A program made the position numbers and the translations under genes. DNA of 64,000 nucleotides from Gnetum montanum (taxonomy: Eukaryota > Plantae > Gnetophyta): the NCBI GenBank assembly GCA_015680685.1, contig MNCI01000271.1:93626-157625 (forward strand), written 5' to 3'. Every line of letters begins with the position of its first letter. The first letter of the stretch is position 1. The notes beneath the pieces were generated by a model, which worked only from the letters and a program-made list of their open reading frames with translations, had not been told where the DNA came from and made no database searches. This document shows positions 26,451 to 38,763 of this stretch, piece after piece.

Positions 26451-26840
26451 TATCTAATGAGGATTCAAAAAGATTATAACTGCATGCTATAAACTGATAA
26501 ATAGCTTAAACATTTAAGGGAATCATCTCTGCTTTAAGAAACATAATATTATATTGTGTATCTGTCTTCACTTTAAATGGTGTAATTTAAAATTTCTACA
26601 TAAACTTATAATCACATTACTTATCTTTTTAGATATATGAGCATTGAAAACAAGTTCAAATTGAATTATTTGGTATTGCTATATGAGAACATGTTATAGA
26701 TGCTATATAACATCAAATTATTTTCTTTATGTGATTTTTTATATATTTGAGATATGTATGATATTCCTATGTGTAGTTGCATATGTGTTGTTTTAATTAC
26801 TTTTGATTATCTTGATAGAGTTATCATTTTTTATTAATAG

Positions 26841-26928
26841 AGTTTGTGACTTTCAAACATCGGAGAATAAAAGACGGATCTCAAAAACATATCGTGCTCT
26901 AGCAGAGGGATTAATTGACCAGAACATG
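26841..26928 (+). CDS. PUS5: RNA pseudouridine synthase 5-like, exon D
   Basis: taatag acceptor, gtatga donor; (R)VCDFQTSENKRRISKTYRALAEGLIDQNM contains the RluA K.Y.A motif; phase 2 to phase 0. Confidence 0.9.
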
Positions 26929-29899
26929 GTATGAAACATTTGAAATTATATAATGTAACAATATAGAATACAAAATATCTATATCTACCAGTTATGTATT
27001 CAAATCATAATCTAATTATATATGTCAATGGTTCAAATATTTATTTAGGTTATTTCAAGGATAGAACTGTAACACCCCATTAATTATCTATAATTCTCTG
27101 TAGTTACTGCTATGTAATCTAGGATTAGGAATTGATGTTAGTGTAATCAACCAAACTAATAACATTCATGATCATTTAAGAGCATAAAGGGAGTATAATT
27201 TTGGCTGAGAGGCCAACTACTAGCCCCATCGAAGAGAGTCCACCCTCGGTCATAGTAAAATGATTAATTATTGTCATAATGGTGGGCTAAGAGATGAACT
27301 TTCTTATGGGAATTATTAGTTTGGCTGAAAGGCCAACTACTTTGTTACTTGGGTATTGTCGTTTGAAATAAATAATTTTTATTATAAATCTAGGTGAAAA
27401 GCTGAACTTTTTCATGAAAATGATCATCGAATAAAGTATACTAGTTTTGATTTTTTTTTTTCAAAATCAGGTCTCACTAAATCAATTTAAGAATTTATTA
27501 ATTTAAAAAATATAAATGATTCTCTTGGCCAAATAATAGATATGTATATTAAATATATAGCTACACTGTAGTACCCCACATTTGTACATGTGCCCTTGGT
27601 ACTCTATTAAATACTTAGACTTGAATTTGTTTTAAAGTTTATATATATTTGTAGATGTGCCTAATGCTTCTTTGTAATATGAAGACCTTTGTTTGGGTAC
27701 CATAAGCAAGATTACTATTTATTGCTAATTTGTATCTATTTTTTATTATTTTAAGTTAAAAAATATATTTTATTAATGAGTGAGCATTGCAGAGACTAGC
27801 ATTATTTTAGAATAATATTAGGAAATTAATGTGGTGTGGATGCATGTTATATTTTGATGTTTAGTTAGAATTTTTAAGTTATTGAATATTTTACTAATTA
27901 AAATATGTCAAATTCAAAGTTGTTGGATTGCACTCAAATTTGGTGGACCAACTTAGTTTTATGCATAGGGTATAGATCTACAATTAGTTTTTTCAATTCC
28001 AGCCCTAGATTTTGAGATTTTAATGTTAAATGATTAAAAAAATACTGTGGGACCATATTTTTCTCAATTCAATTAACATATAGATTTCTAGCATGGTAGC
28101 TATGACATGTTTGTGCTCATTATGACAAGCTCAACATGTGTAAAATGTTGGATGGATAACAAGTTTAGTATCAATGAATTTTACTAGATAAATTATAGGA
28201 AATGTGGAAAATAGATAAAAGGCTAAAAAAAAAAAAAATTAGAAACCCTCATAGCATATAAAGTAAAAGTGACTTGAAACAAGACAAAAAGGTGGGGCCA
28301 TAAGAAAAGTCAGTGTGGGATGGTGAGGTATGCTCAATGATATGTTTATGATGACATCTATTTTTTTAATATGCTAATTGTCCACTTCATATTAATGGCT
28401 GGAAAAAAGGATGAATGACTCATTTAATAGGGGCCATGTGACTCTCTTGAGTGTTGTCAATCTCCCATGTTCACTCTTTTATGAGAGCTTGCTTGTCCAA
28501 GTCAAGTAGCAATGATACCATGGATAAAAAAAAAAGGATTTTTGAAAAATGGGTTGTCTACTCTTTGGTCATTGTGTAAACTTTTGTGCACAAGTCTTTA
28601 CCCAAGCCCTAGGGTCTCCTCCATCCTATAAATAGCGGGGCTGTTTGCTCTCATTTTCACTTTTGGGCTAAGGAAGGGGAGACTATGCTAGTTGGAGGGA
28701 TAAGGAGTTGAGGAGAGGAGAGGGAGAGTGGCTGTTCCTTATTCTCAGCCATCTCTTGGGTTGTCTTAAGCGTTTTTGTGAGCTTTTGGGAGGTTGATTT
28801 TGCTGCTGTTGTTGGAGACTTTTTTGACTGTTCTTTTTTGGGATTGTTTGGCTTGATTCAAGAGACCATTTTCTTTGATTTTATGAAAGGATTTTAGCAG
28901 CCCATTGGACTTGCAGTTTGAAGTTGATTTCTTGAGGCTATTGGTTGAACAACATTCCAAATTTGAGGTGTCTGCTCCCTCCCCAAATTGGTCAAGTTCA
29001 ACTTTAAAGGTGTGTATTCCAAAACCTTGTTGCACAAATTTTTTAGGAGGTGTTTGAAGTTTTATTGGCTTTGACAAGTGAGGATTATTTCATGCTAGCG
29101 TGTGAGATTTCTTGTGAGTTGTGAGTCATGCATGAAGTCTCTCATATGTCTTGGATCTGATTTTTTTCATGCATGTTTTGGGCTGATGAGTTAGCATTTT
29201 CTTTGTGTCATGTGTACTTGGTATTTCATGTTTTTGTAATCTTTTTTTTTTTAAATAAGAGAAATGGCCCCATTATTCTATCCAAGGCTGGTGATCTCTT
29301 GTGTGGGCTACAAGGGCTTAGTTCTTGATGGTGCTTGATGGTGTTAGCCTCCACCATTTTATCTAACCCTGGTGTTCTTCTTGTGTGGGCTATAAGATGC
29401 TGTAGTGTTGGAAAGACTTGGTGTATCACAGTTGGATGGCCAAAGGGTCCATTAAGTGCTCATTTTTATATTAAAAATAAAGTTATGCATATTGAGAATT
29501 TTTGATGTCTTTTGTTAAGTGCACATGTTTTGTTTTGTTGATCATTTTTGGATCAGTTTTGAGGGATTTTTAAGAGAGTTGTCATGTCCCAAATCATTGT
29601 TAAATGATCCTTTGTTCAAACCTACATTCCTCTTAATGTGAAAACATGAGAGGCTGGAAAATTTATTAATGAAGATTTCAAAGTTTGGAACCATGTTAAT
29701 TCATCATGGTATTCAAGCTTAGTGCATATCAGATTTTATTGCTGTTTTTCATTTCCATATTGCACATGAGCACATGGGATTTTATTTGTTTTCTGCTTTA
29801 TAAAATCAGAATTTTGATTATTCAACAATGCTAGTATAGAGATTGCCGTTATTTTTCTTTAGTTTATGTTATCTAGTGTTTATTGCTTTCTTATTTCTT

Positions 29900-32800
29900 A
29901 GATAATAGTAAAAATGAGAGCAGCAGCAACAGCGAATGGAGCAGCAGTAGCAACAGCGAATGGAGCAACAACAACAACAACGAATGGAGCAGTAGCAACA
30001 ATAGCGACAGGAGCAGCAATAGGAGTAGGTGCAGGAACCAGAGCAGCTGCAAGCTCAGCAACAAGAACAGGTGTAGGAACCATAGCAACCGCGGCTTGAA
30101 ACCAATGTGCCACTAGCCGGCGGGGGGCAGACGCCTCACGACAAACATGACTTGGCCTGCAGCCCCGGGGGGGGGGGGGGGGGGGNAGCATCGAGGCCCA
30201 CTCCAGGGTTGAGGACACCCTGCACCTTCGGGTTACCCAACCCCCACTTGAGGGGGTCTGAACCATGCAGCGAAGCCTTATCGGCCGCTTTGTTTCCCGA
30301 GGCGCTCGTCCGTGGCTGGACCTAATTCGGCGATGGGCCCAGGAGCAGTGGCATGTGGGGGAAGTAGGGGTCCGCATCCTGTCTGCGGACCTCCTTCTGT
30401 TTATTTTTTCCTCTCGACAGACCAGAGATTCGGTTATGCTGGGAGGCCCATGGTTTTACGGGGCAAGGGGTCTAGCTTTGACCCCATGGCATCCCAGGGC
30501 CCATCGTGAGGTTGACTTGTTTGCTCGAGCCCCAGTTTGGATGTGGGTTTCCAGGATCCCTTTGGAACCTGGATTTCCTGCAGAAAATCGTGGGATTCTT
30601 TGGCGAATTCATCACCTTCAACCGGGTCACGCAGTCAATGGAGCGCATGGGCTTCGTCCGTTTCTGTGTCTGGCGCCGGCTAGCGGAGAAGGACCTCATT
30701 CGGGAGGTCGTTCTGGAACTCCCTGGGGGGGGGGGAGGAAAAACTCCAGGTTGAATTCGAAAACCTGGAGGCGGCGATAGGGCCCAGACGCAGTGCTGGG
30801 GCCCAGGGGAGCAAAACAACCAGCTGCGCACGCTGCGGGAAACCCGACCATCAAGAAGCGGCCTGTTGGGTGCAGGGAGCGAGGCCTCAGAGACCAAGGG
30901 ACCAGGCCAGACAAATGTTCGAGTAGGGACCAAAGCACCCCCTAGAAGATGCCACTCCCTCCCCACCCCCAAAACCAAAATAGACCCNTGGATGCAGCCT
31001 AGTTGTGCGAGGTGGAGAAGGCCGACCTAGCCGGCTGAACGAGAATCGGGCCAGAGGCAAACAGACCCAACGGAACATTGACATGGGGCTCCAACAGACC
31101 CTTCGGGAGGTCTACCAACGTTGCACCCTTGGTTACACATGAAGTTGTTCAGCTGGAATTGTAGGGGACAGGGTACCCCCTATAAAAGAAATGCCCTACG
31201 CAGAATTGTTCGTGATGAAGATTGTGACATTGTTTGCCTCCAGGAGACGAAGCTGCAAGCAATGGAGTCGCACCTTCTCCACTGGGAAGGTTGGAACACC
31301 CATGTGCACCCTTGTCTGGGCCGGGCTGGTGGACTTGCCATACTGGCCCGCTACGCCATGATTCTCATGGATGCGTCGTAGTGGGCCATCATTGTCCAGC
31401 TCCCCTCTCAAGGGGTTTGGTTGACTAATTTCTATGGAGCACAAAACTGGGAGCAGCGGTTACACGAGTTGACATGGGTGGCAGTGCTGATTCCGGACCA
31501 TCAATCGTGGATTGTGGTGGGGGATTTCAACCAACACCTCCACCCTTGGGAGAAATCCGGGGGGGTTGCCCCCCGTCCACCAGGTGCACATGAATTCCAG
31601 ACCTTTCTGGCAACCTTCTCCCTAGTGGACCTGCCCATTGAGAACTAACGCTTCACTTGGAGTAATCGGAGGAAAGGCCTGGACTACGTCCTCACCTGAA
31701 TTGATCGAGTATGCGTTAGCTCTGACCTCCTCCTCCATTCCTTTGTCCATGTTTCGGGATAGTAGCGGGTCACGTCAGACCACCGCTTGCTAGTCTGTTC
31801 TATCGGGCCGGATAAGCCCCGGGCCCCATGATCGTTCTGTTTTGAAGCTGCTTGGTTAGCCAAGCCGTGGTTGAGGCCGTTGGTGGAGGACATTTGGGCA
31901 GACTACCGGCCTGGCCATGGGGATCCCTGGAACTTCCTTAAGGAGGCCTTACTTCGTCTGAAGTGGGCCATCCGGGCCCTACCTATGGATGATAAGTTCT
32001 CCTTCCGAACGGGCCTGCAGACACTCCGGGATTAGCTTGGCCAGATCCAGGCCCGGTAGGAAGCAAGGGAGGACCTGCACGTGGAGGAGCAACACACGTT
32101 GCAGCAGCTCCAATCCCTTGACCTGGAAGAAGAGACATACTGGTGGCAACGTTCCCGGGTTCGATGGATCAGGGAGGGGGACATGCAAACCAGATTCTTC
32201 TTTGCCATGGCTAAGACACGTGGGGGGAGCCAACCACGCTATCTTCGCAACCAGGACAGGGAGACAATTGATGATCCGCAGTGAATTGCAAATGAGGTGG
32301 CGCAATACTAGGGCGGGATCTGGGCCAAACGCCCCACCAGGCCCATCTCGGTCCATGTGACGCGAGTGCTAAGCGAGCACGACAATGTGCGATTGCTGGC
32401 CCCCTTCTCTTGGCAGGAACTCATTGCTACGATCAACAACATGCCGGGAGGAAAAGTGCTTGGTCCTGATGGCTGGAGCCTTGAATTCTTTAAGATGTTT
32501 CTGGATATTGTGGGATCCAATATCCTAGATGCGTTCAATCTCATGCTGGCCAAAAGGCAGGTCCAGAGAGAACTCAACTATTCCTGTATTGTGTGCATTC
32601 CGAAGCAATTTGAAGCACATCGCCCTGAACACTTTCGCCCTATCGGAGTATGCAACGTACTCATTTGGATCTTCTCCAAGTTGTTGGTGCATAGGCTTGC
32701 GCCACTCATGCCCAGGCTTGTGGGGATCAACCAGGTGGGTTTCGTGCAGGGCCGGAGCGTTCAGGATCATATTTTCCTCATGCAGGAGGTGCTTCAGTCG

Positions 32801-32970
32801 CTTTGAAGTTCGGGTTTCCCTGGGCTTTGCCTCAAGCTTGACATTACTAAGGCATATGACACACTCAGCTGGGAGGCATTGTTGTCCATTATGCACTTGA
32901 AGGGGGTCGATCAGCAGTTCATCCAGCTATGCATTCACATGTAGTCCTCGGCCGGTTTCTCCTTTGACGT

Positions 32971-33003
<33 letters not shown>

Positions 33004-35833
33004 TCTCATCTCTAGGTAGGGGGCTGATGCAAGGGGACCCACTCTCACCCCTCCTCTTCATCATTGCCATGGACTTAATGCAGCACTATTGCATCACATT
33101 CGAGGTGGATGGTTTGGACATTGCTGGGGTGGCATGTCGGGCCGAACACTATGCGGATGATACGATGCTACTCAGTAGGGCGGCGGTCTCGTAGGCACGA
33201 TGCATCAACGTTGCTCTGTCTCGCCTAGCTGATGAGTTGGGGCTGGAGATCAACCGGACCAAATCTTCAGCCCATTTCATTAATGCTGATGAACAAATTA
33301 AAAATCGGGTGGTACAAATCTTGAACATCCTGCCAGGGATGAGCAATGACACCTATCTGGGCATCCCCCTCTTCCGGTGGGGGCAAACCATGGCATGGGG
33401 CCCGCTGGTGGAAAAAATTGAGAGAAGAGTGGGCCACTAGGCAAATCGATTCCTAAGCCGCAAAGGACGCCTGCTCGTGACAACGAGAATCCTCATGGCA
33501 ATCGCTCGTTTCGTGGTGGTTGTGCCCACCCCCCCTAACGCCATCATCAATGCAATTAACACGTTGATCCATAGCTTCATTTGAGAGGGGGGCAATGGGG
33601 GGAGCAAGATCCTCTTGGTCCACTGGGAGTGGGTGGTGTGCCCCTGGAATGCGGGTGGATTGGGCATCACGTCCTTCAAGGACGAATTGATGCTGGGGCA
33701 ACAACGGTTGGTGCTTCGGTTTACGCACCCGCACAGAGAACCAATCCCGTGGATCCGCATCATGAATGCAAAATATCTGCGTTGGGAAATGGGGGCGCGA
33801 GATTCTAGGCCCTGGCAAGCACTGTGCTGGCACGCATGTGTGATGCAGGCTCGGGGATGGTGGGGCCTCGAGCCGCACGCCCTGCTGACCACCAAATACC
33901 CCAAATCGTCGACTGGCAGCAGATTTGGCAAGGGTGGCTGCTCGAGAAAATTAAAATATTTCATTGGCTGCTCCGATGGGACATGCTACCCGTGCGTGCC
34001 CTCTTGCGACGGCGCGGGATTCTGCAGCACGACACTTGTCCATCATGCAGTGTAGCAGCAGAGACGGTGCAGCATTTTGCATACGACTGTGTGTGCATGC
34101 GCGCCACATGGCGACCGGCGACGGTGCCCCTTGATGCGTCTCATAGGCGATTCTTGGGCCACGCTACTTTTATGGGTAGCGTGAAAAGCACAAAACAAGA
34201 TTGTTTTCCTGCAGAAACGGCGCCCCCCCCATGATTGGTCTTCCAGGCTCTCCACGCATGGAAAGAAATCGAGGCGACGATGGGAATCACGCCTACATTT
34301 GAGCCAGATTGCGTTGTGTTCCAGGAGGACGAAGAGCTCTGGCAGATGGTGACCCAATGCAGCTGGTCTAACCCTCTGCAACGACTGGTCGGGGATCCAA
34401 ATCTGGCAGACGACGCGTTCTTCTCGAACTGGGCTGATGATCGCACCTTTTTTCGAGGCCGTGAAATTTTGATCATAGAATCTTCAATCACCGATTTTCT
34501 GGGGGCATAGATCGTTGGTGAGGTAATCCTGCCTTCCACCCGCGGCCTGTAAGACGCAGAAATGTTCTTTGATGGGCCCGTGCCTCGAACCAAGAGTTGA
34601 CAAGTGCCCAGATCTTCCCTGCCCCGCCTTTGGGCCCGGGGAGCAGATTTGGTGGACAAATTTTTTGTCCAATTTAGCAACGGTTCCAAGCTACAGGGCC
34701 TACACTTCGCTTTTCTGCGTTGTCTCAAGTTGGGTCACCAGGTCAACCTCTTGTGCTTTTTTCTGGAGGCCCTCCTGCTCAAACAACGTGGCCGCCATTT
34801 TGGTTTAATTCTTGCCCTATGGCGGGGGGTAGAGGGGGGCAGCACCCATCGTCCTCTGCTCCTCCACGGGGGGTCTCCCCAAAGCACCCCCCCCGCAGCA
34901 AGGCCCCAGGACCCTATGGTTTTGCCCGGACAGGGGAGCCGCTGGTCCCATTGGGCTTCCACCTTTACGCGGGGCCGAAGGACCCAACGGGAGCGGTGCG
35001 CCCCCGCTCGCCTTGACAGGCTAGTTTCCCCCCCACCAGAGACCTCTGGCCATAGGAACTGGAACGAAGAACTTCAGCAGGCCACGCAGAGGGCCGCGGA
35101 CGAGGCATGGGAGGTTGAGAGGAGGGAGTGGGAAGCCAAAAGACATAAAGCCCTTGCACAGGCCTGGGCCGACCTGGAAGCCTAGTTCTCTGAGCGAGAA
35201 TAGGAGCGGGTGAGGCAGCAGGACCTCATGACCGAAGTTGCCAGGGCTCGCCTAATTGACGAAATTTGGGCCCAAGTGCGGGAAGAGTTGATTCAAGAAG
35301 ATGTGGCCTAGGGACAACGCGAGCAGGAGGAGGAGGACCAGCGGCAGCTCGACTGAGCTCATGAGCACAACACTCGATAGTGGCTAAGGGGGGGGGGGGG
35401 GGGGGGGGGCAGTGCCCGTACCTCATTCTTGGCATTAGTTGTGAGAGCTCCTAGGCTGAGCTTAGATGCCATATCCGTCGAACCTCGATGCGTTTCCATC
35501 TGGATGTAGGCACCTCGTAGGCGGACCGGAGCCGACGGGAGTCAGCAATGCAGGGTATCCAGCAAGCAGCCAGTTTCATGGACATGGAGGACCATCGGAA
35601 CACTCTGGATATCCTCCATGAGCTGGAGTGCCCCAACTGTGCTTGCCGACGGCTGCCGACGAACCCATAAGGGGGTTTGTTGGCCTCGGGTCAGTGTAAG
35701 ATTTTTGGTTTTGGGAGCTGGTTTGTCTAATTTTGGGGATTCTTCTCTACCATGGGGGGGCCATTCCTGATGGCCCACCATTTGTAGTCTCTTGTACTAT
35801 AGTTTGCGTTTCTCAGTAATATAAAACCTTGTC
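29900..35833 (+). mobile_element. full-length L1-clade LINE A (best-preserved copy) with extended ORF2
   Basis: ORF1 29914-31142 (Ala/Thr-rich N-terminus, DUF4283-like region, CARCGKPDHQEAAC knuckle); ORF2 from ATG 31139; G/T-rich 3' UTR; TSD and poly(A) not found. Confidence 0.92.
31139..35670 (+). pseudogene. LINE ORF2: APE endonuclease, RT, zf-RVT, transposon-protein-like domain, coiled coil, J-domain
   Basis: SWNCRG, CLQETK, GDFN, IDRV, SDH; GPDGW, FRPIGVCN, QGDPLSPLLF, YADD; zf-RVT W...KIKIFHW...CPSC...ETVQH; 33824-35385 is a single frame broken only by stop codons; J-domain at 35413-35670 after a 22-G run. Confidence 0.85.
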
Positions 35834-37697
35834 AAATCACAACTCCTATGAGCTGTGTGGATTATAATCTCAAATTTATTTTCAGGCCCTCCATCCCTCC
35901 TTAACATAGATTTGATTATTAAAAATTCAGACTCTACTTTCAGACTTTGTTTACCCAATTTTGGATGCTTGAAAATAGAGGAAAACATTGGCTAATTGTC
36001 CTATGAAACCTGAACTATTATAACTCTCTCCATTGTATGTTGTGAGCTAGATCTTATATGAAATTTAAAATACACTTGAGATGCACGGTTACTTCTTTCA
36101 TTTATATGATGGGAAGATTGCATTTTGGAAGTGTAGAAGTCTCCTTGTAGTAAGTCTTTCATTACATAAATGTTTGTACATTTTTTCATACTTAGATTTT
36201 TCTTTCATGCAAAGTAAATATTGTTTATTTATTTTTGCTACAATGTGCTAACCTCATTTATTTATTAGCAATTACATTGTTTTATTTGTTCAAAGAAAAG
36301 AAAGAAAATATATATGTGATCATGTATGTTTATTTGCTTTCCATAAAATTAACCCAGATGAATTATGATTAGAAGCCCTTTGGGCCCTAGGATAATCAAT
36401 TTACCTTAACTCATAGTTAGTAATTAGGTGGATGATACATTTGATTGGTGTGCATTGTGTGAACCATGTAGTATTTTTAGGGATCATTAACTAATCGTTC
36501 TAATAATAATATATTCAACCATATACCTTGAATGGATGGGTTGCATTGTTTATTTATTTTGCATGCACACATATGCTTACTTTGGCTTAATATCCTAAGT
36601 CATTGGACCTAAGGGGGTTGGGTTGCACAACACCTAAAGGTTTTCAATAATGCCTGCATCATTTGTAGGTGTGTACTCAACTCACGTATGATCCATGGTC
36701 ACCTATTTTTGGGGTATATGAGGTTTAGTCCAAAAATGATGGTTGAGCTAAGCTTTGTTTGTGTAGTTTAGAACCTAAAGATAACCTAACTCACGGCCAG
36801 ATGGTGACCAAATTCATTGAGTTGGATGGCCCTCAATGTGGGAATGCAATGCCACCTTGCATGAGCAAAGTTGAAACCTATACATTTTTGATTCCTAGTC
36901 ATTGTTTGAAGCCTATTATAGATTAAATGATTTTGTATGGTGGAAACATAGTGGAGGGCTAGGAGTACGACCAACCACATTCGTTGGTGTTGCTTGTAAA
37001 ATAAAACTTGAAACAGGTAAGTCACACAAATGTTTGATGTTTTTTAGCTTGGCAAGTGATGAGAAGTGTTAGTAGTCACCTTGGATGATGCTAGTATTTT
37101 TAGATGTCATAGTGTTCCTAAAGTTAGATATGCAATAGATGCATCAATCCATAGAATTATGAGAAGTGACAAGGTCTTATTCTATCAACTTGTTAAGTCT
37201 AATGAGAGGAGGAGGTATGTAGGACTTGTAATCATCCCATCATTATGAGTCACATCCTTATTAGTTGCTAATGTAAGTATAAACCCATGTTTTTAGAGGA
37301 TTGGAAAAGAAAAAGAAAATTGTGCTGATCTTTAAAGGGTGGTTATTTAGGGGTCCTACACAAATTGGTTATCTAGCACATTGGAATTTCTGATAACCTA
37401 TATTTACAATTAAATAAATACAAATATAACTAAAATTAAGATATAGAGAAAAATCTATTAGCCTAGAATTAAGGCAAATAATATAAGTGCAAGTACACAC
37501 AAAAATGAACCCAAAGATATTTGCTTGATCTCAAATGAATTTACAAAAGTAGAGTTATTTATGTTTGAAATCTTTTATAAAGAAAATAATTTTTAATATT
37601 AAAATATCATCTATTCGAATGATAATATATGTTAAAATAATAATTTTTTTTCAAATCTATAACATGCATCAAGATGAAGATAGGTATTTTACATTCT

Positions 37698-37770
37698 TGT
37701 TAGCTTAGTGGTAACAGCCTTGGCATAGAAACTTAAGGTCATAAGTTTGATTCCAATTGGCATACTCGTG
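37698..37770 (+). mobile_element. tRNA-like SINE head remnant
   Basis: A-box tagcttagtgg and B-box-like agtttgattcc; no intact cloverleaf. Confidence 0.3.
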
Positions 37771-38687
37771 GATTTTTAAAAGATTTCTGTAAAAGGAATT
37801 CTGAAACTGCTTTGTCTGGTAGATCTAAGAGGGTCTGAATTGATGTAAGTAAAAATTCAGTTTTAGATTTTATTAGAATCTGTGTATTTTTTCTCAAGCA
37901 ATTTAAATGTAAACTCCTTCTGAAAAATGCATGGTTGTTTGTTTGACACCCGTATTCCATATGGATTTTTTTCCAAAATGTAAATTTGAATAAAACAAGC
38001 ACCTTAACTTCAATTTTAGTGAACCTATGGTTAAACCCTATGTTTTTGAGCATCCTAGACACACTAGTAGGGCCAGATTCCTAGTAATGGATTTTTAACT
38101 AGAAATGGATACATGATTCTAGTTTGAAGATTAAGAATTACAGAGGGTATGGTCTAGGTTTAGGTGAGGTGTCAGATGCTCCATGATTAAAGTGTTATAT
38201 AATCATAATTGCAGAAGTCAGAATGAAATGACATAATCAAATATTCATCATAAGCATAACATCTAAGACAGGAACATTTAATATATGAAAGATTTATAAC
38301 TAAGGATAGATATTAAACAAGCGGAATGTATTCACTTTACTTTAGTAATAGCTTCATCCTATTACTTAGCTCATAGAATAAAAGAGAGTAAAGACTTATT
38401 GAAATGCATCTGTTAGCTTTAATTTTTAATAAATAAACCTATTCAAAATATTAGGGTGTCACGAACCATCCTTAAAATTTTGCTATTACTTAGCAAAAAA
38501 TTGAGCTCAGTTTGATGGCATAAGTACTTAAAAATGTTTACATTTTCAGATGTATTGTTTTTAAGTTTGTATGGAAATTACTGTAACGGCATAGTTAAGA
38601 TTAATTTTCTTTCGTGGTCCTGCCTATATCTTCTTTATTATCCTGTAAGAATCTATAAAAGTAATTTATCGATGAATTTGGTGTCAG

Positions 38688-38763
38688 ATTATTGTCAAAC
38701 AAGCAATTGGAAAAATGCAGTATGCTGGGGTAGCATCTGGGCTTTACGTTGCTTCTCCATTCG
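38688..38763 (+). CDS. PUS5: RNA pseudouridine synthase 5-like, exon E
   Basis: gtcag acceptor, gtaggc donor; IIVKQAIGKMQYAGVASGLYVASPF(G); phase 0 to phase 1. Confidence 0.9.

Larger units (their letters stand above)
27567..37360 (+). mobile_element. large gypsy-type LTR, copy 1, interrupted by LINE A
   Basis: TGTAGTACCCC start and GGGGTCCTACA end, followed by a degenerate PBS-like ttggttatctagc; 27567-29860 is homologous in inverted orientation to 41990-56330; no clean TSD. Confidence 0.7.
27068..38462. mobile_element. outer solo LTR with nested LTR and LINE
   Basis: TGTAACACCCC at 27068 and GGGTGTCAC ending at 38462; partial TSD GAAC on both sides. Confidence 0.45.

Noticed and set aside
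27185-27342. Two ~33-bp direct repeats with a spacer (CRISPR-like look)
   Set aside because: Only two imperfect units, inside a plant LTR, with no cas genes
29883-30116. Ser/Asn-rich and poly-Leu ORFs
   Set aside because: Alternate frames of the GCA-rich low-complexity start of LINE ORF1
35413-35670. J-domain as a separate host DnaJ gene or one-off 3' transduction
   Set aside because: It occupies the same position before the 3' UTR in several diverged LINE copies, has no introns and is in frame with the coiled coil in copy B
30472-35781. Many minus-strand ORFs over LINE A
   Set aside because: Antisense shadows of GC-rich ORF1/ORF2 with no motifs of their own
37698-37770. Functional tRNA gene
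   Set aside because: Only degenerate A/B boxes; stems do not pair
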